Below are positions 10,293-18,655 of a stretch of DNA of 64,000 nucleotides, one piece after another (the first letter of the stretch is position 1; each line of letters begins with the position of its first letter). The DNA comes from an uncultured bacterium (GTDB lineage Bacteria; Zhuqueibacterota; QNDG01; DTFT01), in NCBI GenBank assembly GCA_963736115.1, contig CAVTNR010000009.1, positions 96,001 to 160,000 on the forward strand. The letters run 5' to 3'. The notes under the pieces were generated by a model. It saw only the letters and a program-made list of their open reading frames with translations. It ran no database searches and was not told the DNA's origin. A program made the position numbers and the translations under genes.

Positions 10293-11441
10293 ATGGCCAA
10301 CGGCAAACCCGCAGAAGACAAAACCTTTGTGAGGGGTCTCGAAGGCGTCATCGCCGCGGAAACCAACATCTCATGGGTGGACGGCACCCACGGAAAGCTG
10401 TACTACTGGGGATACGACATCCATGACATCGCCGAAAAGGTCACGTTCGAAGAGGTGATCTTCCTTCTCTGGAACGGCCGGTTTCCGAACCGGACCGAAT
10501 GGGAGACCCTGCGGCGGGAGCTGGCATCCGAGATGCGGCTCCCGAGCCAGGTGGTCGACCTCCTCAAGCTCATGCCGCCCAACGCCCATCCCATGCAGGT
10601 GCTCCAGACCGCGGTCGCCATGCTCGGCGTGTTCGATCCCGACTCCGGCATCAACGGCCCGGAAGCGAACCTCCGAAAAGCCAAACGGCTCGTGGCGCAG
10701 GTTCCGACTCTGATCGCCGATCTGCACCGCATCCGGAAAGGGCTTCCGCTCATCTCCGCGGATCCCCAGCTCGGCATTTCGGACAACTTCCTGTACATGC
10801 TGAGAGGCGCGCCGCCCGAGGAGATCGAGCACACAGTCATGGATCTGATCATGGTGCTCCACACCGACCACGGGCTCAACGCCTCGACTTTCGCGGGCCG
10901 AGTGATCGCCAGCACCCTCTCCGACATGCACGCCGCCCTGGCCGGCGCCATCGGCGCGCTGAAGGGCCCCTTGCACGGCGGCGCCAATCAGAAGGTCATG
11001 GAAATGATCCTCCAGATCGGCAAGGTCGACATGGTCCAGGATTACATCGCCGGCATGCTGGATAACCGGCGGAAAATCATGGGATTCGGCCACCGGGTCT
11101 ACCGGACCGAGGACCCGCGCGCCCGGCACCTGCGCAAGTACTCTGAGATGCTGTGCGAAATGCGCGGATTCAAGGAGCTCTACGACATATCCCACAAGGT
11201 CGAGACACTGGTCCGCGAGCAGAAGGGGATTTACCCCAACGTCGACTTCTATTCCGCCACGGTCCAGCACGCCATGGGCATTCCGGCCGACTTCTTCACT
11301 GCCGTGTTCGCCGCGGCCCGAACCGCCGGCTGGGTCGCCCACATCATGGAGCAGTACGCCGACAACCGGCTCATCCGGCCGACCTCGAAATACACGGCCG
11401 AACTCGGCATCCCGTTCACGCCCATGGACCAGCGGTCGTGA
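10293..11441 (+). CDS. Citrate synthase (short, dimeric type)
   Basis: GLEGVIA, DHGLNAST, GPLHGGAN, GFGHRVY, PNVDFYS, RLIRP. Confidence 0.95.
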   Translation: MANGKPAEDKTFVRGLEGVIAAETNISWVDGTHGKLYYWGYDIHDIAEKVTFEEVIFLLWNGRFPNRTEWETLRRELASEMRLPSQVVDLLKLMPPNAHPMQVLQTAVAMLGVFDPDSGINGPEANLRKAKRLVAQVPTLIADLHRIRKGLPLISADPQLGISDNFLYMLRGAPPEEIEHTVMDLIMVLHTDHGLNASTFAGRVIASTLSDMHAALAGAIGALKGPLHGGANQKVMEMILQIGKVDMVQDYIAGMLDNRRKIMGFGHRVYRTEDPRARHLRKYSEMLCEMRGFKELYDISHKVETLVREQKGIYPNVDFYSATVQHAMGIPADFFTAVFAAARTAGWVAHIMEQYADNRLIRPTSKYTAELGIPFTPMDQRS

Positions 11442-12703
11442 CCGACCTCGACCTGCTCGGCCGTTTCGCCGTCGCCCTGGGCGTCGGTCTCCTGATCGGC
11501 CTCCAGCGTCAGGTCGCGCTGGCCAAGCCCCGCCAAGAGCTCGCTCTCGGTGTCCGGACCTTCGCCCTGTGCGCGGTTTCGGGTTTCGCGTCCGCCCTGC
11601 TGTCAAACGCGGAGGGGTCGCCCGCCGTGTTCGCCGCCGTGACCGCCATTCTGGGCCTTATGATCGCGATCGGGTACTTCCGTGAAACATCTTCCGGCAG
11701 ACCGGGATTGACCACGCGGGTCGCCGCGATGCTCACCCTCCTGCTCGGCGCGCTGGCCGCGCACGGCAGTCTGACGCTGGTGTCCGCGGTCGGCGTTTCA
11801 ACGACGGCTCTGCTCTCGTTCAAAGGCGAGATGCACCGATTCGCGCGTCTCCTCACGCGGGAGGATCTGTTTGCCGTCCTGAAATTCGCGCTCGTGTCGG
11901 TCGTCGTTCTCCCCGTTCTTCCGGACCGGCCCGTCGGGAGCTACCCGTTCGACGCGCTGAATCCGTACCGGATCTGGCTTTTCGTGGTGCTCATATCCGC
12001 AATCGGTTTTGTGGGCTATGCGCTTGTCAAATGGAAACGCGCGGATCGGGGTATCGCCCTCACCGGCCTGGTCGGCGGACTCGCGTCCAGTACCGCGGTG
12101 ACCTTCAGTTTCTCCGGCCGGAGTCGGACGAGCCCCGCCCTTTCCCGCCTGTTCGCATCCGGCGTGCTTTTGGCCTGGGCCGTCATGTTCGTCCGGATCG
12201 GCGCGGTGCTGGCGGTCGTCAACCCGGGCCTGCTGGGACAATGCTGGCCGTTTCTGGCCGCTTGCACCGCCGCGGGACTGCTCGTTTCCAGCCTGCTGTG
12301 GCGACAGCCATGCAAAAACGCATCCGGCCGCGGCGTGGCGTTCCACAATCCCTTCGAACTGGGGATGTCCCTGAAATTCGGGGCCGTTTATGCCGCGGTC
12401 CTGCTGGTGATGCGCGTCGCCCAGTTCCGTTTCGGAAATTCCGGACTTTACGCGACATCCGTCCTGTCCGGGCTTCTGGACGTGGACGCGATCGTTCTCT
12501 CGACCGCGCGCATGCAGCAGACGGCCGCCGGGCTGACCGCCTCGTCGGCCGCGGTCGCCGTGGCCCTGGCCGCATTCGCGAACACCCTCTTCAAGATGGG
12601 CGTTTGCTGGTTTTCCGGATCGCCGGAGTTCCGCCGCGCGATGCTCCCGGGATTCCTGCTCATCACAGCCGCCTGTCTCGGGCAGGTCTTCCTACTCTTA
12701 TAG
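11438..12703 (+). CDS. MgtC/SapB family membrane protein with DUF4010
   Basis: GLLIGLQR, GVRTF, GLTT, GGLASSTAVT, NPFEL, GLLDVDAI; GTGA overlap with citrate synthase. Confidence 0.85.
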   Translation: MTDLDLLGRFAVALGVGLLIGLQRQVALAKPRQELALGVRTFALCAVSGFASALLSNAEGSPAVFAAVTAILGLMIAIGYFRETSSGRPGLTTRVAAMLTLLLGALAAHGSLTLVSAVGVSTTALLSFKGEMHRFARLLTREDLFAVLKFALVSVVVLPVLPDRPVGSYPFDALNPYRIWLFVVLISAIGFVGYALVKWKRADRGIALTGLVGGLASSTAVTFSFSGRSRTSPALSRLFASGVLLAWAVMFVRIGAVLAVVNPGLLGQCWPFLAACTAAGLLVSSLLWRQPCKNASGRGVAFHNPFELGMSLKFGAVYAAVLLVMRVAQFRFGNSGLYATSVLSGLLDVDAIVLSTARMQQTAAGLTASSAAVAVALAAFANTLFKMGVCWFSGSPEFRRAMLPGFLLITAACLGQVFLLL

Positions 12704-12787
12704 GACCCGCGGCGCGGTCCTGCCGGATGCAGGCCGGGCGGGCCACCGGGTCGCAAGCTTTTTCAGTCCGTTCAGGAGAATCGTCTC

Positions 12788-14080
12788 ATGAAATCGTTGA
12801 ATCCGCAGGCGGAATCGCTCAACAACCGGATCCGCAATGATAACCCGGCCGTTTACGACCTTCTCTCCGCGAAGGGAAAGGCCGTCTATTTTCCCCATCT
12901 CGGAATCGTGAAGCAGTCCGCGGACGCTCGCGGCAAAGCCATCGACGCCACGATCGGCATCGCCGTTGAGGACGACGGCTCGCCCATGCGGTTCCACGCG
13001 ATCGCCGACCGCCTGCGGGTCGATCCGAAACAGTCCTTCACCTATGCCTCCAGCTACGGCAAACCGGAACTTCGAAAGAAATGGCGGGAAATGATTCTGG
13101 CGAAGAATCCGTCCCTGAAAGGAACGGTCAGCCTGCCGGTCGTCTCCCATGCGCTCACCCACGGGCTCAGCATGGCCGGCTACCTGTTCGTGGACCCCGG
13201 AGACGCCATCCTGCTCCCGGACAAGTACTGGGAGAATTACGAACTGCTCTTCGATCTGGCGTACGGCGCGAATCTCTCCTTCTTCAACACATTCAAAGGG
13301 CAGGGCCTCGACCTGGACGCGTTCGAAAAGGGCCTGAAGGCCCTCGGCCCCAAGAAAATCGTCCTGCTTACCTTCCCCAACAATCCAACGGGTTATACCC
13401 CCACCGAGGCGGAGCAGGAACGCATGGTCCGTCTGCTGACGGCCGAAGCGGAAGCCGGGAACCGAGTGCTCGTACTCGCGGATGACGCTTATTTCGGCCT
13501 GGTATACGAACCCGGCGTGGCCAAAGAATCCATTTTCGCGCGGCTGGCGGACGCCCACGAGAACCTGCTCGCGGTCAAGATCGACGGGGCGACCAAGGAG
13601 GATTACGTGTGGGGTTTCCGGGTGGGTTTCCTGACATACGGCTCGAAGGGGATCACGGCCGAAACCTGCGCGGCGCTGGAGGACAAGACCGCTGGCGCCT
13701 TGCGGGGGAACATCTCCAACGCCTCGCACCTGTCGCAGACCCTCGTGTTCGACGGATTTTCTTCGCCGGATTACGACGCGGTGAAGAAGGAAAAGTTTGA
13801 GATCCTGAAGAATCGGTACCAGCGGGTCAAGGCCGTTCTGGCGGCGAACGGGAAACGGTACGCTGACGCGTTCACGCCGCTTCCGTTCAATTCCGGGTAT
13901 TTCATGTGCGTGGAACTGCGGGAGGGGCTGTCCGCCGAAGCCGTGCGCCAGACCCTGCTCGCGAAGTACGACACGGGCGTCATCGCCCTGGGCCGCCTGA
14001 TCCGCGTCGCCTTCTCAGCCATACCCGCGGAGAAGATCGAGCCGTTGTTCGAGAATATCTACGCGGCATGTAAAGAATAG
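12788..14080 (+). CDS. Class I/II PLP-dependent aminotransferase (aspartate aminotransferase-like)
   Basis: ATIGIA, FPNNPTGY, DDAYFGL, KIDGATKE...WGFRVG. Confidence 0.9.
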   Translation: MKSLNPQAESLNNRIRNDNPAVYDLLSAKGKAVYFPHLGIVKQSADARGKAIDATIGIAVEDDGSPMRFHAIADRLRVDPKQSFTYASSYGKPELRKKWREMILAKNPSLKGTVSLPVVSHALTHGLSMAGYLFVDPGDAILLPDKYWENYELLFDLAYGANLSFFNTFKGQGLDLDAFEKGLKALGPKKIVLLTFPNNPTGYTPTEAEQERMVRLLTAEAEAGNRVLVLADDAYFGLVYEPGVAKESIFARLADAHENLLAVKIDGATKEDYVWGFRVGFLTYGSKGITAETCAALEDKTAGALRGNISNASHLSQTLVFDGFSSPDYDAVKKEKFEILKNRYQRVKAVLAANGKRYADAFTPLPFNSGYFMCVELREGLSAEAVRQTLLAKYDTGVIALGRLIRVAFSAIPAEKIEPLFENIYAACKE

Positions 14081-14108
14081 ATACGATCCCTGTAACCGGA
14101 GAAATTCT

Positions 14109-14153
14109 TACGGCCCGTTCGTCCTGAGCCTGTCGAAGGACGAACGGGCCGTA
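14109..14153. repeat. 17-bp perfect inverted repeat with CCTGAGCCTGTCGAAGG core (REP-like; may act as terminator between convergent genes)
   Basis: tacggcccgttcgtcct-gagcctgtcga-aggacgaacgggccgta. Confidence 0.7.
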
Positions 14154-14174
14154 TCTATAACAGGCATCTCTGAT

Positions 14175-14207
14175 TCGTAGCGGCGAAGCGCCGCCTCGCC
14201 CCTACGA
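14175..14207. repeat. GTAG-type REP palindrome
   Basis: tcGTAGcggcgaagcgccgcctcgcccCTACga; similar to 1219-1247. Confidence 0.7.
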
Positions 14208-14215
14208 TAACTTAC

Positions 14216-14533
14216 CTATCCGATCCCGATCAACATTTTATACTTCTTCGTCCCCCTGATCCGTTTCAGCTCCTTCTCCCGACGCATCGCCTGCTTACGC
14301 GTCCGGAATTCCTCCCGGTAAATCTCTTTCCATCCGGAAAACCGCTTCGTCCACCCCCGGTTCCCGGCTGCATTGTGCTGACGGATACGCTTTTCCACAT
14401 CCTGCGAATACCCGATGTACATTCGGCTTTCGGCGGAGCGGAGAACATAGACTGTGAATGTCCTCCGCTTCCTGCGGACGCCAACAGTCTTAGCTGTTTT
14501 CCGCTTGATAGTGCTCGTTTTCTTCCTGTCCAT
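14216..14533 (-). CDS. Small GIY-YIG nuclease family protein
   Basis: VYVLRS...YIGYS.DVEKRIRQHN...AMRREKELK; basic N-terminal extension. Confidence 0.9.
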   Translation of the reverse strand: MDRKKTSTIKRKTAKTVGVRRKRRTFTVYVLRSAESRMYIGYSQDVEKRIRQHNAAGNRGWTKRFSGWKEIYREEFRTRKQAMRREKELKRIRGTKKYKMLIGIG

Positions 14534-14737
14534 GATGCTCCCGCGATTCCGTTCCTGAAAGATAGGACGAACCCGGCAAACAGTCAAGAAATGGAATGAA
14601 GGATCCCGCATCCGGCCTCCGAGTCGAGGGCTACTTAACTTAACATGTTCAGCCGCCTTGCGCGTGAATTTTCGGATTGCTAAATTGTTTGTCGGATTGT
14701 ATCCACCCGGTCCGGCCGCGGCCGTAAAAATGGCATT

Positions 14738-14870
14738 GAAACTCCCCGCCGCCCGCTTTGCGGGATCAAGCTATTAATATTTATGAATTTTTGAAGACAT
14801 GCAGCGGGCCTTCAAAAAAAATCGAATTGCTTGGTCCGGCGAAGCCGGGTCATGCGCGCGAGATCAGATT
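14738..14870 (+). mobile_element. Degenerate family A element carrying a nested 46-nt insert (14752-14797)
   Basis: att|gaaactccccgccg[cccgctttgcgggatcaagctatta...ttgaaga]catgcagcggg...gcgcgcgagatcagatt. Confidence 0.65.
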
Positions 14871-15111
14871 GAACAAACCCGGCTTCAAGCCAATTCCAGG
14901 GCCCGGGTAAAAACGTTGAGAAAGTGGAGTGCTTGATACTGTCGTCCATTTCCGGGTAAATCACCCGACTCATTCGGCTTGCAGCGCGAACCCGAATAGA
15001 AACTCAGGCAAGCAGATAAAAAACATCTTGTTTCTTTGATGTTTTTACGATATCTTATATTAATCATAGAGTTTTATATTGGTGACCGGGAAAAAATTCA
15101 GCGGGAAGTGC

Positions 15112-16098
15112 ATGATGAAATTCCATCCTGTTGTTCCGGCTGCAATCATGATGGTTTTCCTCGCTTGCAGTAAAATTGTCGCCCCTGAAGACATCCAGCC
15201 TCCCGAAACGCCCGCAAATTTCTCGCTTCTGGGCGGAGGGGATGGCGAGGCGCGTTTTCGATGGGCAAAAAACGTCGAGCCTGATTTTGACCAGTTCCGT
15301 CTTTATCGAGCTGTTCATGCCGCAGCCCTTTTCCGCATGGTCGCTTCCATCTCGGAAAATGAATATGCAGACCGCTTCCTGTCGTATGATTCAACTTATT
15401 ACTACTATCTGACGGCGGTCGATTTCGCGGGGAACGAAAGCAAACCGACCAACGTGATCGACATTAGACCCATCAATATTTCGTCTCCGCCAAGCCCCGA
15501 AAACATCGTTGTCAACGGACACAACTACCCGAATCTGAAAATAACGGAATGCGTGGTCAGCTGGATTCCCCCCGGGATCAGCGATCTTTTCAAGTTTAAA
15601 ATTTATCGCGGCAATTCGGATGAGTTCCCGGCAGACAACTCGACTTTCCTGGACACCTCGCTTGTCAGTATCTACTACGACCGGCGAGTCAGCCCCGGAA
15701 CACGCTATTATTACCGAATTGTCTGCGTCGACCGCGGCGGTTTGGAAAGCATTCCGAGTCTGCCGGGGAATGACCGCATTCTTGAAACCGTGGAGCAGAA
15801 CGGGCCTGCGAATCGGGTAGTGGTTTCGCCTCCTTTCAGCTTCTCGTGGTCCCCCGTTGACAGTGCGGCCGGATACCGGGTTTTTGTGGCCCTTGCGCCG
15901 CTTTCGAACGTGATCTGGAGCTCGTCATTTACCAAAACCGGAACCGTCGAATTCAATAACAGAAACCTCGCATCCAATCGAATTTATTACTGGTGGGTGG
16001 GCGCCTACAGCAAGAACCCGGAACCCATCGCCCCGGGCGCGGACACGACCGTTGAATTAAATTCCCGAAGCGAAGTCTGGTCCTTTTTTGTCCAGTAA
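15112..16098 (+). CDS. Lipoprotein with fibronectin type III-like domains
   Basis: Lipobox FLAC; two YYY.(T/V).VD..G.ES FN3-type repeats and a third Ig-like domain. Confidence 0.8.
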   Translation: MMKFHPVVPAAIMMVFLACSKIVAPEDIQPPETPANFSLLGGGDGEARFRWAKNVEPDFDQFRLYRAVHAAALFRMVASISENEYADRFLSYDSTYYYYLTAVDFAGNESKPTNVIDIRPINISSPPSPENIVVNGHNYPNLKITECVVSWIPPGISDLFKFKIYRGNSDEFPADNSTFLDTSLVSIYYDRRVSPGTRYYYRIVCVDRGGLESIPSLPGNDRILETVEQNGPANRVVVSPPFSFSWSPVDSAAGYRVFVALAPLSNVIWSSSFTKTGTVEFNNRNLASNRIYYWWVGAYSKNPEPIAPGADTTVELNSRSEVWSFFVQ

Positions 16099-16133
16099 TA
16101 CAGCCTTCATTCCGAACAGGGGAGAGGCGGAAT

Positions 16134-17351
16134 ATGCATAACCACAATTGTCATTCCAGTCTACGCATTACTTTATTCTTTCTCCTGTTGTTGATTCCGG
16201 TTTCTCTCTGGTCGATCGACGTCAAAGTCGCCTTGAAAAACGGAAACGAAATCTGCGGGCAGGTCAAGGAAGAAACCGCTGAATACATCGTTGTCGACAA
16301 CGAGATCGGCCAGATCAAAATTTGGAAAAACCAGATTCGACAGCTCGTTTATTCCGACACTCCGTCGATATCTTCCACCGGCGAACAATCGCCGGATGCG
16401 ATGGATATGCTGAATGACCTGGTCATTGTCCACCTGAACAATGAGAGCGTCATTAACGGCCAACTCATCGCCAAGAGTCTCGGTTCGATCCTGATCCGGA
16501 CCGAACTGGGACGCCTCTCAATTGCCAAATCCGATGTCCGTTTGATCGAATATATCAACTCTCAGTTCGCTGAGCGCGGCGAAAAAGTGCTCGTTCAACT
16601 CGTTTCGGGCGCAACAATCCAGGGCTTTCTCCATCATGAAGACCGCGGTTCACTGACCGTGGACAGCGAAATGGGCCGATTGACGATTCCGAAGCCGAAC
16701 CTGCGGAGCATCCAGTATTTCGAAATGGAAGACCGACAGCGCGAATTTCTTCCCGAAACAAAACAATCATTTTCCCGGCCGTCCGAGACCGGCGGCGAAA
16801 TCAAAGCGCCTTCAACCCAAAGGCAGGACATTCTCGCGTTGGGGTATTCAACCCGATTTGGAAATGATTATGGTCTGGGAGGGGTTTTCGCGTATCAAAG
16901 CCGGTTTCACGTTAAAACATTTTCATCTTTTAGCCTATATACCGAGTGTTTTCTGGATCTGGCGATTTTCTCTTTGAAAAAAGATGCGGTTCTGGATCAG
17001 GCGATTCCCGGATCCATCAACGCCACGGGGACAGCCATCGTCTCTTCGTTCGGCGTGGGCGCGCCCTTTCACTTTTATTCCTCCGACGGCTCGCCTTATG
17101 AATTTTTCATCCAGCCCAACCTTGAAATGAACCTGGTTTACACCAGCCTGAAAAAGGAGTATCCTTCCTATCCCAGCCTTAATTCCGAGCTGCGTTCCTC
17201 CGATTTTCTTTTTGGCTTCGGGCTGAACGCCGGAATCGACTATACGCTGAAACCCGAATTGCGTCTCGGATTGTGCTACACCATGCATTTTATTCTGGGC
17301 GAAACGGATTATTCCGGCCTCTGTCTGCGTCTCACCACAAAATTCTTCTAA
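16134..17351 (+). CDS. Secreted/outer-membrane protein with three tandem small beta (Sm/SH3-like) repeats and a C-terminal beta-barrel
   Basis: Signal peptide; three repeats V.L..G..I.G.L......I.V..E.G.L.I.K..IR.I.Y; amphipathic strands; terminal Phe. Confidence 0.7.
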   Translation: MHNHNCHSSLRITLFFLLLLIPVSLWSIDVKVALKNGNEICGQVKEETAEYIVVDNEIGQIKIWKNQIRQLVYSDTPSISSTGEQSPDAMDMLNDLVIVHLNNESVINGQLIAKSLGSILIRTELGRLSIAKSDVRLIEYINSQFAERGEKVLVQLVSGATIQGFLHHEDRGSLTVDSEMGRLTIPKPNLRSIQYFEMEDRQREFLPETKQSFSRPSETGGEIKAPSTQRQDILALGYSTRFGNDYGLGGVFAYQSRFHVKTFSSFSLYTECFLDLAIFSLKKDAVLDQAIPGSINATGTAIVSSFGVGAPFHFYSSDGSPYEFFIQPNLEMNLVYTSLKKEYPSYPSLNSELRSSDFLFGFGLNAGIDYTLKPELRLGLCYTMHFILGETDYSGLCLRLTTKFF

Positions 17352-17354
17352 GCG

Positions 17355-18188
17355 ATGTCCAACCGAATACTGCTGGCCTGCCTGTGTCTCTCTTTCGGCC
17401 CGGGACGGGCCGCTGAAATTACCCCGTGCCTCTCCAGCAGTTCGAATCAATGGTTCATCTCGGAAGTCTGGGGAGGCACGGCAACGCTTATCAACCCGGC
17501 GGCGCTCGCGACTTCAGCCCGCGATGACGGGCTGTGGCTGTCTTACGCATTCATCGGCGACGAGATGGGCTCTGGCGACAAAGAATTCGGCTTCAGCATC
17601 GGCAATCTCGGATTCGGTTTTCAGAACTACGACATGCGCTCCGGAAACGACACCCTGCCCTGCTATATCTATCGAATCGGCTTGTCCGTGGGCGGCAGGC
17701 TGTTTTCGCTGGGCACGAGCCAGAATTTGACGGAAATTCGTTTCCCGAGCCGTTACCCCCGCCTGTTTACGCTCGATGCGGGATTTGTTTGTAATCCCCT
17801 GTCCGTCGTGAGAATTGCCGGTCTTGTCCGCAATGTCGACGACAATCAGCATCGGGAATTCCGCATCAAACGCGAGTATATCGCGGGTTTCATGCTCCGT
17901 TTCGTCGATGCGGGATTCCGTCTTCTGGCGCAGGCAGCAGCCCATGACCGAATTCGAGGCCTGGATGAAGTCTCCTATCGTTATGGAATCAGCGCATATC
18001 CCCTGAAACGCCTGGGATTGACGCTGATGTCGCTCAGGGAGCCTCATGCCGAAGATCATTTTGCGGCCTTGCTGTCCACGCCTCTGATCGGGGGAGTTTC
18101 CGCCCGATTGGGCCTGTATGCGAAATCCCGACTCCACATCGATGCCTTTTCCATTTCATGCCAGCTACCGCTTCAAACCGGAAATTAA
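17355..18188 (+). CDS. Hypothetical outer-membrane beta-barrel protein (PorV/FadL-like N-terminus)
   Basis: Signal peptide, LINPAALA motif, alternating beta-strand pattern (LDAGFV, YRYGIS). Confidence 0.55.
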   Translation: MSNRILLACLCLSFGPGRAAEITPCLSSSSNQWFISEVWGGTATLINPAALATSARDDGLWLSYAFIGDEMGSGDKEFGFSIGNLGFGFQNYDMRSGNDTLPCYIYRIGLSVGGRLFSLGTSQNLTEIRFPSRYPRLFTLDAGFVCNPLSVVRIAGLVRNVDDNQHREFRIKREYIAGFMLRFVDAGFRLLAQAAAHDRIRGLDEVSYRYGISAYPLKRLGLTLMSLREPHAEDHFAALLSTPLIGGVSARLGLYAKSRLHIDAFSISCQLPLQTGN

Positions 18189-18216
18189 CGCTGTCTTGTC
18201 TGGAGTTGAAATATAT

Positions 18217-18244
18217 GCGGGTTTCAACCCGGCTTGAAACCCGC
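18217..18244. terminator. Hairpin downstream of the three-gene operon
   Basis: gcgggtttcaa-cccggc-ttgaaacccgc, 11-bp stem, no clear U-tract. Confidence 0.35.
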
Positions 18245-18655
18245 GCGGGCGGAAAGTGGCCATCGATCCTTAACGCCGCGTGAGAACACCCGCCGAACCG
18301 CTCATTTCTTTTGGGGATTCATGAAACGGTCCGGATTGCGCTCGAGTTTCATCCCCAGTTGCGGTTTCAGGAGGACAGGATCCTTCCCCGCACGCGTCCC
18401 GAGGCGCCTGCCCTGGATTTCCGATCCGCTTTTCATCGGGTTTTGATTCGCACCGGAATCTCCGGCCCCGCACAAAGCGGTGGACCTTTCTTGTTTTGAT
18501 AATGAATACCGTATCCGCGTACACGCAATATCCCATGATCACGGCGAATGCAGCCTGCGGATGACCGCATCCCGCGAAACCGGGACCGAACCGTCTTCGC
18601 CGGAATCCGGGATCGTTTTTTCCCGCCCGAAAAAAAGCAATCCCCGGAGTTCACC

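Noticed and set aside
14174-14183. TTCGTAGCGG matches the tRNA-fMet 3' end region (22452-22461), suggesting an att duplication
   Set aside because: Only 10 bp, and it is explained as the start of a GTAG REP also present at 1219; no integrase is nearby.
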